A stretch of 32,000 bases of DNA from Horticoccus luteus (GTDB lineage Bacteria; Verrucomicrobiota; Verrucomicrobiia; Opitutales; Opitutaceae), in NCBI RefSeq assembly GCF_019464535.1, contig NZ_CP080507.1:3960001-3992000 (forward strand), read 5' to 3'. Each line of letters opens with the position of its first letter. The stretch's first letter is position 1. A program made the translations under genes and the position numbers. Below the pieces are notes generated by a model that was not told the DNA's origin, did no database searches, and was given only the letters and a program-made list of their open reading frames with translations. Of this stretch, positions 6,445 to 17,324 are shown one piece after another.

Positions 6445-9326
6445 ATCCCAGCGCACGATCCGACGAGTTTCCGCCCGGCGCCAGCGAGTGGTCCGATGCG
6501 CTCAGCCGCCGCGATTTTCTGCAACTCATGGGCGCCTCGTTCGCTCTCGCCGGCGTGAGCGGCTGCGCGCGCCGCGCGCCGAAAGAACTGGTCCCCGCCG
6601 TCACGCCGCCGGAATTTGCCGGCGCCACCCCCGGTGAGATTCAATGGTATGCCAGCGCGATGCCGCTCGAGGGTTACGGTCGCGGGATTCTCGTGCGCGC
6701 CAACTCCGGCCGCCCCACCAAGATCGAGGGCAACCCCAGCCACCCCGAAAGCCTCGGCGCCACCGATGTGTTCACGCAGGCCGCCATCCTCTCGCTCTAC
6801 GATCCCGACCGTTCGCGCGCTCCCCTTCACCGCGCCGATGCCGCCACGTGGAACGCCTTCGAAGATGCCTGGGCCGGCCGTCATCGCGCGTTCGCGTCGA
6901 GCCGCGGCCGCGGCCTCGCCCTGCTCACCGAGCCCACCACTTCGCCCACGCTGTTGCGCACGCTGCACGAGTTGCTCGCCGCCCTGCCCGAGGCCCGCTG
7001 GTTTCAACACGCCCCACTCGGCCGTTACGATCACGACGGCACGCAGGACGACATCGACTTCGCGCAAGCGGAAGTCGTCTTCGCCGTGCAGAGCGATTGC
7101 TTCTACCATCATCCCGCCGCCGTGCGTTACGGCCGCGCCTGGGCCGACCGCCGCCGCGTGAACAACGGCCGCGTGCATCCGCCGCGCCTCTACGCCATCG
7201 AGCCCACGCCCAGCGTCACCGGCGCGCTCGCCGACGTGCGCCTCCCCGCCTCACCCGCGCGCCAACGCCGTGTGCTCGCCGCCCTCGCCGCCGCCCTCGG
7301 CGGCACCTCCATCCTGACCGCCGATCTCACGGCCGCCGAAACTGAATTCGTGCGCTCGCTCGCTGCGGATGTGCGCGCGCATCCCGGCCACGCCGTGTGC
7401 ATCGCAGGCCCGGAAGCCGAACCGACCGTGCAAACGTGGGCGGCCGCCTTCAACGCCCGCTCCGGCACCGCCGCCGTTCACCGCCGCGCCACCGTGCGCT
7501 CCGACGCCGATCCGCGCGCCGCCGGCGATCTCGCCGCCCTCACTGCCGCGATGACGCGCGGCGAGGTGCAAGGCCTCTTCGTCCTCGAAACGAATCCCGT
7601 TTACACCGCGCCGGCCGACCTCGCGTTTGCCGACGCGTTTCGGCGCGTGGAATTTACGGTGCATCTCGGCGAGCACGTCGACGAAACCGCCGCGCTCGCG
7701 CAATGGCATCTGCCCGCGGCGAACTTCCTCGAAACGTGGGGCGATCTCCGCGGCTACGACGGCACGCCGTGCCTCCAGCAACCGCTCCTCGAGCCCCTCT
7801 ACCCTTCGCGCTCGTCCCCCGAACTCGTGCACTTCATTGCCAGCGCGACCACGCGCAACGCCTACGATCTCGTGCGCGCAACCTGGCGACACGCCCCCGA
7901 GGCGCCGTCCGACGACCACGCGTTCGAACTGCGTTGGGCGCACTGGCTGGAGCGCGGCGTCATCGATGACACCAGCGGAAATCCCGCCGGGTCGCCCGCT
8001 CTCGCGGCCGCCAGCGCCGACGCCGCGTCCTCCTCGTTTCCCTCCTTCAACCGCTCGGCGCACGACGATCACGACACCATCACGATCGTGCTCCAACCCG
8101 ACCCCAACCTGCTCGATGGCCGCTACGCCAACAGCTCCTGGCTCCAGGAACTCCCGAAGCCGCTCACGCACATCGTCTGGGACAACGCCGCGCTCGTCAG
8201 CGCCACCTTCGCCGGTCGGCACCGACTCAATTTCGGTGATGTGATCTTGTGCGAAGTCGACGGCGCTTCGGTCGCGGCGCCCGTGTGGATTGCGCCCGGC
8301 CACGCTGATGGCGTCATCGCGCTCGCGCTCGGCTACGGCCGCACCAGCGGCGGCGCCACCGCGCCCGGCCACGGTTACGATGCGTTTCGCCTGCGCACCA
8401 CGCGCGCGCCGTGGGAACGCACCGGCGCCACGCTTCGCAAGCTCGGCGAGCAGCACGCGCTCGTCTGCACCCAGGGTCACTTTTCCATGGAGGGCCGCGA
8501 CCTCGTGCGCGTCGTCGCCCCGGCCGAGGCGGCGCGCGCCATCGAAGACAAAGCCCCGCAGCCTACGATGCTCCCGGCGTGGAACTACACCGGCTACGCG
8601 TGGGGCATGTCGATCGATCTCGGCACCTGCCTCGGCTGCAACGCCTGCATCATCGCGTGCCAGGCCGAGAACAACATCGCCGTCGTCGGCAAGGACCAGG
8701 TTTCCCGCGGCCGCGAGATGCACTGGCTGCGCATCGATCGCTACTACGATGGCGACGCCGCCAACCCCCGCATCCTCCACCAGCCCGTGCCGTGCATGCA
8801 GTGCGAAAACGCCCCCTGCGAAGTCGTCTGCCCCGTCGCCGCCACTGTGCACAGCAGCGAAGGCCTCAACGACATGGTCTATAACCGCTGCGTCGGCACG
8901 CGCTACTGCTCCAACAACTGCCCTTACAAAGTCCGCCGCTTCAACTTCCTCGATTACCGCCAGCCGCGCGACTCCACGCTCTACCTCCAGGCCAACCCCA
9001 ACGTCACCGTCCGCGAACGTGGCGTCATGGAGAAATGCACCTACTGCGTGCAACGCATCAACACCGCGCGCATCACCGCCGAAAAGGAAAGCCGCCGCAT
9101 CCGCGACGGTGAAATCCGCACCGCCTGCCAGCAGGCCTGCCCCGCCGATGCGATCGTCTTCGGCGACATCCACGATCCCGCCAGCCGCGTCGTGCAACGC
9201 AAAGCCGAGCCGATCGACTACACGTTGCTCCGCGAACTCAACACCCGGCCGCGCACCACTTACCTCGCGCGCGTCATCAACGCTCCCACGCCCGCGGCCC
9301 CTGCCGGCGTTTCCTCGGCGGGCTGA
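6432..9326 (+). CDS. actB: Alternative complex III subunit ActB: a Tat-exported molybdopterin-oxidoreductase-like domain fused to an Fe-S cluster domain
   Basis: The real start is the ATG at 6432 (MSSVNPSARSDEF...), which sits inside the 1260-aa track ORF. Twin-arginine signal SRRDFLQLMGASFALAGVSGC. The C-terminal part carries the ferredoxin-type Cys clusters CLGCNACIIAC, CMQCENAPCEVVCP, CVGTRYCSNNCPY, CTYCVQR and CQQACP. It overlaps actA by 13 nt. Confidence 0.9.
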   Translation: MSSVNPSARSDEFPPGASEWSDALSRRDFLQLMGASFALAGVSGCARRAPKELVPAVTPPEFAGATPGEIQWYASAMPLEGYGRGILVRANSGRPTKIEGNPSHPESLGATDVFTQAAILSLYDPDRSRAPLHRADAATWNAFEDAWAGRHRAFASSRGRGLALLTEPTTSPTLLRTLHELLAALPEARWFQHAPLGRYDHDGTQDDIDFAQAEVVFAVQSDCFYHHPAAVRYGRAWADRRRVNNGRVHPPRLYAIEPTPSVTGALADVRLPASPARQRRVLAALAAALGGTSILTADLTAAETEFVRSLAADVRAHPGHAVCIAGPEAEPTVQTWAAAFNARSGTAAVHRRATVRSDADPRAAGDLAALTAAMTRGEVQGLFVLETNPVYTAPADLAFADAFRRVEFTVHLGEHVDETAALAQWHLPAANFLETWGDLRGYDGTPCLQQPLLEPLYPSRSSPELVHFIASATTRNAYDLVRATWRHAPEAPSDDHAFELRWAHWLERGVIDDTSGNPAGSPALAAASADAASSSFPSFNRSAHDDHDTITIVLQPDPNLLDGRYANSSWLQELPKPLTHIVWDNAALVSATFAGRHRLNFGDVILCEVDGASVAAPVWIAPGHADGVIALALGYGRTSGGATAPGHGYDAFRLRTTRAPWERTGATLRKLGEQHALVCTQGHFSMEGRDLVRVVAPAEAARAIEDKAPQPTMLPAWNYTGYAWGMSIDLGTCLGCNACIIACQAENNIAVVGKDQVSRGREMHWLRIDRYYDGDAANPRILHQPVPCMQCENAPCEVVCPVAATVHSSEGLNDMVYNRCVGTRYCSNNCPYKVRRFNFLDYRQPRDSTLYLQANPNVTVRERGVMEKCTYCVQRINTARITAEKESRRIRDGEIRTACQQACPADAIVFGDIHDPASRVVQRKAEPIDYTLLRELNTRPRTTYLARVINAPTPAAPAGVSSAG

Positions 9327-9338
9327 TCCTTTTGCGCC

Positions 9339-10709
9339 ATGGCCTCGCCTCCCACTCAGCCCAACCCCGCCGACGCCGCGCTCGTCGGCCCCGGTGAGAC
9401 GCCGACCACCGTCACCGCGCGCATCAGCGCCCTGCCGCTCGCTCACCCGCATCCGCGTTTCTGGTGGATCGGATTTCCGATCGCGTTTGTCGGCGTGCTG
9501 ATCCTCTGCGCTTCGATCGGTTGGCTCTTCATCCGCGGCATCGGCGTCTGGGGCGTCGACATCCCCGTCGCGTGGGGTTTCGCCATCGTCAACTTCGTCT
9601 GGTGGATCGGTATCGGCCACGCGGGCACGCTCATCTCCGCCATCCTCCTCGTGCTCCATCAACACTGGCGCACGTCCATCAACCGGTTCACGGAGGCGAT
9701 GACGCTCTTCGCCGTGGCCTGCGCCGCGCTCTTCCCGCTGCTGCATCTCGGCCGCCCGCAATACTTCTACTGGTTGCTGCCGTATCCCGACACGATGGGC
9801 CTCTGGCCGCAGTGGCGCAGTCCGCTGATCTGGGATGTCTTCGCCGTCAGCACCTACGGCATCGTCTCGCTCCTGTTCTGGTATGTCGGCCTGCTGCCCG
9901 ACCTCGCCACCTTGCGCGACCGCGCGTTGTCCCGCGCCAAGCAACGCCTCTACGGCCTTCTCTCGCTCGGCTGGCGCGGCGACGCCCGCCACTGGCGGCA
10001 CTACCAAAAACTCTACGTGCTGCTCGCCGGCCTCGCGACGCCGCTGGTCGTTTCCGTGCACAGCATCGTCGGCCTCGATTTCGCCATCGCGATTCTCCCC
10101 GGCTGGCACTCGACGATCTTTCCGCCGTATTTCGTCGCCGGCGCCATCTACTCCGGCTTCGCGATGGTGCTCACGCTCGTCATCCCGTTGCGCGCCGTTT
10201 ACGGGCTCAAGAGCTACATCACCGCCCGTCATCTCGATCTCATGGCCAAGGTGCTGATGGCGACCGGCTGGATGGTCGTCTACGGCTACTTCAGCGAATT
10301 TTTCGCCGCGTGGCGCACCCACGATTTGTTCGAACGCTACATGATGGTGAACCGCCTCGCGGGCCCCTACGCGCCGTGGTTCTGGCTGCTGCTCATCTGC
10401 AATCTCGGCGCCGTCCAAATCCTTTGGATCCCGACCCTGCGCCGCAACGTCATCGTGCTCTTCATCATTTCGCTGATCGTGAACGTCGGCATGTGGCTCG
10501 AACGTTTCATCATCGTCGTTACGAGCCTCCACCGCGATTTTCTGCCGTCGTCGTGGGGCATGTATCGGCCGACGTTCTGGGACTGGTCCACGCTGCTCGG
10601 CACCTTCGGCCTCTTCGTGGCGCTGCTGTTTCTCTTCATCCGTTATCTGCCCGCGATCTCGATGGCGGAGATGCGCGGCCTCGTCACCGGCAAGGAGGGC
10701 AAGGGATGA
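9339..10709 (+). CDS. actC: Alternative complex III subunit ActC (NrfD/PsrC-like polytopic quinol-interacting membrane subunit)
   Basis: 456 aa and strongly hydrophobic with many TM helices. NrfD-like blocks are present ([32 protein letters not shown]). It sits between actB and actD. Confidence 0.9.
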   Translation: MASPPTQPNPADAALVGPGETPTTVTARISALPLAHPHPRFWWIGFPIAFVGVLILCASIGWLFIRGIGVWGVDIPVAWGFAIVNFVWWIGIGHAGTLISAILLVLHQHWRTSINRFTEAMTLFAVACAALFPLLHLGRPQYFYWLLPYPDTMGLWPQWRSPLIWDVFAVSTYGIVSLLFWYVGLLPDLATLRDRALSRAKQRLYGLLSLGWRGDARHWRHYQKLYVLLAGLATPLVVSVHSIVGLDFAIAILPGWHSTIFPPYFVAGAIYSGFAMVLTLVIPLRAVYGLKSYITARHLDLMAKVLMATGWMVVYGYFSEFFAAWRTHDLFERYMMVNRLAGPYAPWFWLLLICNLGAVQILWIPTLRRNVIVLFIISLIVNVGMWLERFIIVVTSLHRDFLPSSWGMYRPTFWDWSTLLGTFGLFVALLFLFIRYLPAISMAEMRGLVTGKEGKG

Positions 10710-11236
10710 GCGCGGCTCTCCATGGCGTGGCGGCCTGCTTCACAACGCCCGACGAATTTCTCGCCGCGCTCGAAGGCGTGCGCACCGCCGGCTACGATCG
10801 CGTGGAGGCCAACGTGCCTTTCGCCGTCGAAGGCATGGATGAACTCCTCCCCGGCCCCCGCACGCCGATGGCGCGCATCGTGCTCATCGCCGGCCTCATC
10901 GGCGGCGGCGGCGCGTATTTCATGCAATGGTTTGCCGCGCGCGATTACGCCTACGATGTCGGCAGCCGCCCGCTGCACAGCTGGCCCGCGTTTGTGCCGG
11001 TGACGTTTGAGCTCACGATCCTCACCGCCACCATCATCGGCGTGCTCGGCCTTCTCTGGCTCGCCGGTCTGCCGCGCCTCGATCACCCGATGTTCGCCGC
11101 GCCCGGCTTCGAGCGCGCATCGCAGGACCGCTATTTTCTGTGCGTGCGCGCCGACGATCCGCAGTTCAACGCCGCTGATCTCGCCGCGCTCTTCCACACG
11201 TTCAAAGCCGAACTCGTCGCGGAGGTGCCCGCATGA
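10706..11236 (+). CDS. actD: Alternative complex III subunit ActD (DUF3341-type)
   Basis: The ATG at 10706 overlaps the actC stop (ATGA). 176 aa: [39 protein letters not shown]..., with two central TM helices ([39 protein letters not shown]). Position and architecture fit ActD. Confidence 0.8.
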   Translation: MSAALHGVAACFTTPDEFLAALEGVRTAGYDRVEANVPFAVEGMDELLPGPRTPMARIVLIAGLIGGGGAYFMQWFAARDYAYDVGSRPLHSWPAFVPVTFELTILTATIIGVLGLLWLAGLPRLDHPMFAAPGFERASQDRYFLCVRADDPQFNAADLAALFHTFKAELVAEVPA

Positions 11237-11844
11237 TCTCCACCGCCTCACGCTCCACCGCGCCGCGCCCGCCGCTTCGCTCGCTGTCCGCCGGGCTCCT
11301 CCTCGCACCCGCGCTCCTGCTCGCCCTCGCCGGCTGCGACAACATGAAGGACCAGGCGAACTATCGCCCGCTCGACCCCGCGCCGCACTTCGCCAACGGC
11401 ACCGCCATCGTCCGCCCGCCGGCGCACACCGTCGCGCGCGGCTCGCCGCCGCCGGGCGATCCGGTCACCACCGGTTTTCACGACGGCCAGCCGCTTGCAC
11501 ACAGCCCGGTGCCGTTCACGCGCGACCTGCTGCTGCGGGGACGCGACCGCTTCAACATTTACTGCATCGTGTGCCACGGCGAGGACGGCTACGGCCGCGG
11601 CATCGTTGTGCGCCGCGGCTTTCCGCCGCCGCCTTCGTATCACGAAAACCGCCTGCGCGCCGCGCCCGACGGGCATTTGTTCGACGTCATGACGCGCGGC
11701 TATGGTGCAATGCTGCCCTACTCCGACCGTCTCTCGCCGCAGGATCGCTGGGCCATCGTCGGCTACATCCGCGCGCTCCAGCTCAGCCAGCACGCCACGC
11801 TCGCCGACGTGCCGGCGACGGCCCGCGCCGCCCTCAAGCCATGA
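11233..11844 (+). CDS. actE: Alternative complex III subunit ActE, a monoheme cytochrome c lipoprotein
   Basis: Lipobox LLLALAGC, a single CIVCH heme motif and a distal Met region (YGAMLPY). ATGA overlap with actD. Confidence 0.8.
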   Translation: MISTASRSTAPRPPLRSLSAGLLLAPALLLALAGCDNMKDQANYRPLDPAPHFANGTAIVRPPAHTVARGSPPPGDPVTTGFHDGQPLAHSPVPFTRDLLLRGRDRFNIYCIVCHGEDGYGRGIVVRRGFPPPPSYHENRLRAAPDGHLFDVMTRGYGAMLPYSDRLSPQDRWAIVGYIRALQLSQHATLADVPATARAALKP

Positions 11845-12893
11845 ACGCCGTCATCCACCAACGCCTCACCCGCGTGCGCCGCCTGCTCGTCGGCGGCGCC
11901 GTGCTCGGCGTGCTCGTCGCCCTCGCGTGCGGCTGGGCGACGCCGGCGGCCGTGGCGCCGGCGTATCGATTCGCCATCTTCGCCTGTCTTGCGCCGGCGC
12001 TGGGATCGCTCCTGTTTGCGTTGATCCATCAACTCACCGGCGGACAGTGGGCCGGAGCGTTGTCGCCCTTTCTTGCCGCAGGCTATCGCCTCGCGCCGTG
12101 GTTGTGGTTGCTCGTGCTGCCGCTGCTCGCCTTCGTGCCGCACACGCCGCAAACCTGGCCGCTTTACGACAGTCGCGGCATGATGGCGATTCGCGCCGGG
12201 ATCTACGCCATCGTCCTGTTCTTCATCACCGCGAAACTCGGACGGCACGGTCTCGCGCCGCGCTGGGTCGGCCCCGCCGGCATGATCGTCCTCGTCTTCA
12301 TGCTGCACATCCTCGCGGAAGACTGGTTGGGCTCGCTCGACGCGAACTGGCACTCCACCGCCTTCGCCCTCGTGTGGATGACCGGGATTGCGTTGTCCGG
12401 CCTCGCCGCCGCCATCCTCGCCGCCCTCGCATTTGGCGTCCCGCCTCACGCGCCCTATGGCGGCACGCGCGCGATCGGCCTCGATCTCGGCGACCTCATG
12501 ATGGCGACGCTCCTCTTCTGGTGCTACGTCGCGTTCGCGCAGTTTCTCATCATCTGGGCCGGCAACATGCCGGAGGAGACGTCGTGGTTTCTCCGCCGCC
12601 TCCACGGTCCGTGGCGGTTTGTCCCGCTCACGCTCGCCGTCTTTCACTTCGTGCTGCCGTTCGCGATTCTGCTTTCGCGGCCGTGGAAACGCACCGTCGG
12701 CGGCCTCGCCCTCGCCGCCTGCCTGCTCATCGGCGCGCAACTTCTCTACACCGCGTGGATTTTCCTGCCCGTTCTGCCGGTGCATGGCTGGGCCGGCTTC
12801 GGCCTCGCCGCCGCGCTGCTGCTCTGCGGCGCCACGTGCTTCGCGCACCGCTACCTCGCCCTCGTGCAATCGCATTTGGAAACGTCGCCATGA
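11841..12893 (+). CDS. actF: Alternative complex III subunit ActF (second polytopic membrane subunit)
   Basis: The ATG at 11841 overlaps the actE stop. 350 aa and very hydrophobic (MNAVIHQRLTRVRRLLVGGAVLGVLVALACGW...FLIIWAGNMPEETSWF...). The position after actE matches the canonical act order. Confidence 0.75.
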   Translation: MNAVIHQRLTRVRRLLVGGAVLGVLVALACGWATPAAVAPAYRFAIFACLAPALGSLLFALIHQLTGGQWAGALSPFLAAGYRLAPWLWLLVLPLLAFVPHTPQTWPLYDSRGMMAIRAGIYAIVLFFITAKLGRHGLAPRWVGPAGMIVLVFMLHILAEDWLGSLDANWHSTAFALVWMTGIALSGLAAAILAALAFGVPPHAPYGGTRAIGLDLGDLMMATLLFWCYVAFAQFLIIWAGNMPEETSWFLRRLHGPWRFVPLTLAVFHFVLPFAILLSRPWKRTVGGLALAACLLIGAQLLYTAWIFLPVLPVHGWAGFGLAAALLLCGATCFAHRYLALVQSHLETSP

Positions 12894-13264
12894 GCTCCGC
12901 CGCCGAACTTCCGCCCGAACGCGCCGAACCCACCGACGGTCTCCCGCACGTCGTGGTCATCACCGGCATCGGCCTCGCGGTCGGCCTTGCGCTCTGTCTG
13001 CTCGCCGCCTCCTGGATCTACGTGGCGCGTTACAACCTCCCCTCCGCCCGCGCCGCCGGGCCGGAGTCCTCCTTTCAACACGCCCCGCACGCGCGCACCA
13101 GCATCGAGCACGACTGGCAGGCGCAAGATGCCGCCGTGCGCGCGCATCTCGACACCTATGGCTGGGTCGACCGCGCCGCCGGGATCGTCCGCATTCCCAT
13201 CAACCGCGCGATCGACGTGCTCGCGACCGACGCCCCCGCGTCTCCGCCGAAAGACCACCGATGA
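12890..13264 (+). CDS. Small single-pass membrane protein (124 aa) between actF and sco; a possible ACIII/oxidase accessory subunit
   Basis: The ATG at 12890 overlaps the actF stop, and its own stop overlaps the sco ATG. One TM helix (VVVITGIGLAVGLALCLLAASWIYV) is followed by a soluble tail ...DWQAQDAAVRAHLDTYGWVDRAAGIVRIPINRAIDVL. It is hidden inside the track ORF 11702..13264. Confidence 0.6.
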   Translation: MSSAAELPPERAEPTDGLPHVVVITGIGLAVGLALCLLAASWIYVARYNLPSARAAGPESSFQHAPHARTSIEHDWQAQDAAVRAHLDTYGWVDRAAGIVRIPINRAIDVLATDAPASPPKDHR

Positions 13265-14073
13265 ACGCCCGCGCCCTCCTTCTCTTTCCCGCCCTCGCCG
13301 CCGTGCTCGCGCTGCCCGCCCGCGCGACCGTGTCGGCCGTCGCGCCCGGCGTGAACTTCGAGCAACGCATCGGCGAACAACTTCCGCTCGCCTTGGAGTT
13401 CACCGACACGCAGGGCGAGCGCCACGCGTTGCGCGATTACTTCGGCACGGAGCCGGTTGTGCTCTACTTCGGCTACGCCAAATGCCCGCAACTCTGCTCG
13501 CTCGTCGCCGATGGCACCGTCTCCGCGCTCCGCCAGATCCGCCCCGCGGTGGGCCGCGATCTCACCGTCATCTCCATCAGTCTCGATCCGACGGAAACGC
13601 TCGATGAATCCCGCGAGCGCCAGACCAACGCCGTGCGACGCTACGGCCACACCGGCGCGCCGACCGGCTGGGTTTTTCTCACCGGCGACCACGCCGCGAT
13701 TCGCGCCGCCGCCGATGCCGTCGGCTTTCACTACACCTACGATCCGCGCTCCAAACAATACGCGCACCCCAGCGGTTTCGTCGTGCTCACATCCAGCGGC
13801 GTCGTGTCGCGTTATTTTCTCGGCCTGGATTTTCCCGCGCCCGATGTCGTGCGCGCCATCAATCGCGCCGCCGCCGGCAAGACCGGCCTGCCCGTTTACG
13901 ATTTGCTCCTGCTGTGCTTTCACGGCGGCGGCATCACCGGCGCCTATGGCCAGCTGATCTGGCGCGCGTTGACGGTCGCGGTGGTGCTCACGGTCGTGAC
14001 GCTCTTCGGCGGCATCGCGTGGATGCTGCGCGCCGAATTCCGCGCGCGACGTCTGCAGGAGGGTCGACCATGA
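13261..14073 (+). CDS. SCO1/SenC family copper chaperone (thioredoxin fold) with a C-terminal hydrophobic extension
   Basis: Signal peptide MNARALLLFPALAAVLALPARA. CxxxC copper motif in YFGYAKCPQLCSLV and a downstream conserved His (YAHPSGFVVL). C-terminal TM segment ALTVAVVLTVVTLFGGIAWML. ATGA overlaps on both sides. Confidence 0.85.
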   Translation: MNARALLLFPALAAVLALPARATVSAVAPGVNFEQRIGEQLPLALEFTDTQGERHALRDYFGTEPVVLYFGYAKCPQLCSLVADGTVSALRQIRPAVGRDLTVISISLDPTETLDESRERQTNAVRRYGHTGAPTGWVFLTGDHAAIRAAADAVGFHYTYDPRSKQYAHPSGFVVLTSSGVVSRYFLGLDFPAPDVVRAINRAAAGKTGLPVYDLLLLCFHGGGITGAYGQLIWRALTVAVVLTVVTLFGGIAWMLRAEFRARRLQEGRP

Positions 14074-15050
14074 ACGCGTTCTTCGCGTTTGGCGGCATGA
14101 TGGAGCGGCTGCCGCAGGGCAGCACGATCGCGCCGCGCGTCGATACCGCGTTCATCGGTTTGCTCATCCTGAGCGGCCTGTTGATCGCGTTGCTCCTCGG
14201 CCTGAATCTCGTGTTTCTCATCCGCTACCGCCGCGGGTCCCCCGCCCCGCGTCCGCCGCTGACGTTCGCCACGTGGAAACTCGAAGCCGGCTGGATCACC
14301 GCCACCACCGTGGTCTTCCTCGGCATCTTCGTCTGGGGCGCGCGGATCTATCTCGATATGGAACGCCCGCCGCCCGACGCCTACACGATCGACGTCGTCG
14401 CGCGCCAATGGATGTGGGACATCCGCCATCCCAACGGCCGGCGCGAGTTCGATACGTTGCACGTGCCCATCGGCCGGCCCATCCGGCTGCGCATGACGTC
14501 GGAAGACGTGATCCACAGCCTCTTCATTCCCGCGTTTCGCGTGAAGCAGGACATCGTCCCCGGCCGCACGATCAGCACGTGGTTTCAAGCCACGCAGACC
14601 GGACACTTTCATCTCTTCTGTTCGCAATACTGCGGCACGCAACACGCCGCCATGATCGCCGAGGTCATCGCGCAAACCCCCGAGGACTACGCCACGTGGC
14701 TCGAAGCGGGCAACCACGACGGCTCCCTCGGCGATCGCGGCCGGCAGTTGTTCGTCCACTACGGCTGCAGCGGCTGCCACTCGTCCGAATCCAATGTCCA
14801 CGCACCCTCCCTCGCCGGTCTCTACAACCACCGCGTGCCGCTCGATGGCGGCCAGTTCGTGCGCGCCGACGAGGCCTATCTCCGCGACTCCATTCTCGAG
14901 CCCGGTAAACAAGTCGCCGCCGGTTACACGCCCATCATGCCGTCGTTCAAAGGCGTGATTCCGGAGGGCGATCTCATCGAGCTCATCGCCTACTTGAAAT
15001 CCCTCGGCGACCAAACCCCCGCGCCCGTCCCGGCGCCTGCCCGGCCATGA
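14070..15050 (+). CDS. ctaC: Cytochrome c oxidase subunit II with a fused C-terminal cytochrome c domain (caa3-type)
   Basis: Two N-terminal TM helices. CuA ligands are present (VIHSLFIP...[15 protein letters not shown]). The C-terminal c-type heme motif is CSGCH. The ATG at 14070 overlaps the sco stop. Confidence 0.9.
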   Translation: MNAFFAFGGMMERLPQGSTIAPRVDTAFIGLLILSGLLIALLLGLNLVFLIRYRRGSPAPRPPLTFATWKLEAGWITATTVVFLGIFVWGARIYLDMERPPPDAYTIDVVARQWMWDIRHPNGRREFDTLHVPIGRPIRLRMTSEDVIHSLFIPAFRVKQDIVPGRTISTWFQATQTGHFHLFCSQYCGTQHAAMIAEVIAQTPEDYATWLEAGNHDGSLGDRGRQLFVHYGCSGCHSSESNVHAPSLAGLYNHRVPLDGGQFVRADEAYLRDSILEPGKQVAAGYTPIMPSFKGVIPEGDLIELIAYLKSLGDQTPAPVPAPARP

Positions 15051-16675
15051 GCACTTCTCCGCTTCCTCCGCCCGACGTCGCGCCGATGCCCGACTACCTC
15101 GCCGCCGGCCACACCGTGCGCTCGTGGCTCTGCACGCTCGATCACAAACGCATCGGCGTGCTGTATATGTTTACGATCACGTTCTTCTTCGCCATCGCCG
15201 CCGCCGCCGCCGCGCTGATGCGTTGGGAGTTGCTCACGCCGCAGGCCGATCTCGTCACGTCCGACATCTACAACCGCCTCTTCACCGTCCACGGCGTGCT
15301 GATGGTGTGGTTCTTCCTCATCCCTTCGATCCCGGCGGTGATCGGAAACTTCATTCTGCCGCTGATGATCGGCTCGCGCGACGTGGCGTTTCCCCGGCTC
15401 AATCTCGCGAGTTGGTATGTCTTCGTCGCCGGCGGCCTGCTCGCGCTTTACGCCATCGTCGCGGGCGGCGTCGACACCGGCTGGACGTTCTACACGCCCT
15501 ACAGCAGCACTTACTCCAACGGCAAAGTGATGCTCATGGCCGCGGGCATTTTCGTCGCGGGATTTTCCTCCATCGCCACCGGCCTCAACTTCATCGTCAC
15601 GATCCACAAGCACCGCGCGCCCGGCCTCACGTGGTTTCGCCTGCCGCTCTTTGTGTGGTCGCTCTACGCCACGAGTCTGATCCTCGTGCTCGCGACCCCC
15701 GTCCTCGCCATCACGCTGCTGCTCGTCGTGCTCGAACGCGGATTCGGCGTCGGTATTTTCGATCCGAAACTCGGCGGCGACCCGCTCCTGTTTCAACACC
15801 TGTTCTGGTTCTACTCCCATCCCGCCGTCTACATCATGATTCTCCCGGGCATGGGTGTCGTCAGCGAAACCATCGCCGCCTTCGCCCGCAAACGCGTCTT
15901 CGGTTATCACATCGTGGCGATGTCGAGCCTCGCCATCGCCATTCTCGGCTTCCTCGTATGGGGCCATCACATGTTTGTGAGCAGCCAGTCGGTTTACGCC
16001 GGCCTCGTGTTCTCGCTGCTGAGCTTCCTCGTGTCGGTGCCGTCCGCCATCAAGGTCTTCAACTGGACCGCCACGCTGCATCGCGGCTCGATCAGCTTTG
16101 AAACGCCGCTCCTCTACGCCCTCGGCTTCATCGGCCTCTTCACGATCGGCGGCCTCACCGGCCTCTTCCTCGCCACGCTGCCGATCGACGTGCACGTGCA
16201 CGACACGTATTTCGTCATCGCGCATTTTCACTACATCATGGTCGGCGGCATGGTCATGGCCTACATGGGCGCGCTGCACTACTGGTGGCCCAAAATCTCC
16301 GGCCGCCTTTACCACGAGTGGACCGCGCGCATCACCGCGCTGATCATCTTCGCCGGCTTCAACCTCACGTTCTTCCCGCAATTCGTGCTCGGTTACATGG
16401 GCATGCCGCGCCGTTACCACATCTATCCGCCCGAATTTCAGGCGCTCAACGTCCTCTCCACCGCGGGCGCCACCATCCTGGGCCTCGGCTACGTGCTACC
16501 GTTGTTTTATCTCACCTGGTCGTTTTTCTTCGGCCCAAAGGCCGGCCCCAATCCGTGGGGCGCCACCGGCCTCGAATGGAAAGTGGCATCGCCCGCGCCG
16601 CAGCACAACTTCGTCGAAACCCCGATCGTGACGACGGAGCCCTATAACTATCCCGTCGATCCCGCCGCGTCATGA
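15047..16675 (+). CDS. ctaD: Cytochrome c oxidase subunit I (heme-copper oxidase catalytic subunit)
   Basis: 542 aa with classic blocks: [52 protein letters not shown]. Confidence 0.95.
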   Translation: MSTSPLPPPDVAPMPDYLAAGHTVRSWLCTLDHKRIGVLYMFTITFFFAIAAAAAALMRWELLTPQADLVTSDIYNRLFTVHGVLMVWFFLIPSIPAVIGNFILPLMIGSRDVAFPRLNLASWYVFVAGGLLALYAIVAGGVDTGWTFYTPYSSTYSNGKVMLMAAGIFVAGFSSIATGLNFIVTIHKHRAPGLTWFRLPLFVWSLYATSLILVLATPVLAITLLLVVLERGFGVGIFDPKLGGDPLLFQHLFWFYSHPAVYIMILPGMGVVSETIAAFARKRVFGYHIVAMSSLAIAILGFLVWGHHMFVSSQSVYAGLVFSLLSFLVSVPSAIKVFNWTATLHRGSISFETPLLYALGFIGLFTIGGLTGLFLATLPIDVHVHDTYFVIAHFHYIMVGGMVMAYMGALHYWWPKISGRLYHEWTARITALIIFAGFNLTFFPQFVLGYMGMPRRYHIYPPEFQALNVLSTAGATILGLGYVLPLFYLTWSFFFGPKAGPNPWGATGLEWKVASPAPQHNFVETPIVTTEPYNYPVDPAAS

Positions 16676-17322
16676 GCTCGACCGCCGAACAATCCCGCGC
16701 CGCCGCCGCGATCGCCGCGGCCGAGCAACGCTCCGCCGCGAATCATCTCGGCATGTGGACGTTTCTCGCGACCGAGATCCTGTTCTTCGGCGGGCTCCTC
16801 GCCGCCTACGCCATCTATCGGCACGCGTATCCCGAGGCGTTTCGCATCGGCAGCAGTCACCTTGAATATTGGATCGGCACGACCAACACCGCCGTCCTGC
16901 TCACCAGCAGTCTCTTCATGGCGCTGGGCGACCGCGCCATCAAACTCGGCGACCGCCGTGCGCTCCGGTGGTGCCTCCTCGCCACCGCCCTCCTCGGCGC
17001 CGCGTTCATCTGCCTCAAGGGTTACGAGTATTGGGGGATGTATCGCGAGCATCTCGTGCCGGGGATCAACTTCCACCTCGATTCCGCATGGGCGCCGCAA
17101 GTGCAGCTTTTCACGTTCTTCTATTTCGCCCTCACCGCGCTCCACGCCGTGCACATGCTCATCGGCCTCGGACTGATTTCCTGGCTGCTCTGGCTGAATC
17201 ACCGCGCGCGCCTTTCCGCCGTCCACACCGCGCCCGTCGAAATCGTCGGCCTTTACTGGCACTTCGTGGACTGCGTGTGGGTGTTTCTCTATCCCCTCCT
17301 CTACCTGGTCGCGCACCGCTGA
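16672..17322 (+). CDS. ctaE: Cytochrome c oxidase subunit III
   Basis: 216 aa with 5-7 TM helices. Blocks include [34 protein letters not shown] and [17 protein letters not shown] overlap with ctaD. Confidence 0.9.
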   Translation: MSSTAEQSRAAAAIAAAEQRSAANHLGMWTFLATEILFFGGLLAAYAIYRHAYPEAFRIGSSHLEYWIGTTNTAVLLTSSLFMALGDRAIKLGDRRALRWCLLATALLGAAFICLKGYEYWGMYREHLVPGINFHLDSAWAPQVQLFTFFYFALTALHAVHMLIGLGLISWLLWLNHRARLSAVHTAPVEIVGLYWHFVDCVWVFLYPLLYLVAHR

Positions 17323-17324
17323 TC

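Noticed and set aside
5544-9326. 1260-aa track ORF that looks like a giant protein starting at 5544
   Set aside because: Its first 296 codons are R/P/A-rich junk that overlaps actA in another frame. The real gene (actB) starts at ATG 6432 with a Tat signal.
7251-10532. 1093-aa antisense ORF across actB/actC, plus similar long antisense ORFs (14990..16420-, 17301..18959-, 19129..20427-, 20946..22013-, 23437..24579+, 25171..26460+, 26929..28110+, 28638..29792+)
   Set aside because: They have low-complexity D/E/R/G/A/H-rich composition and lie exactly opposite well-supported genes. Open antisense frames are expected when stop codons are rare in high-GC DNA.
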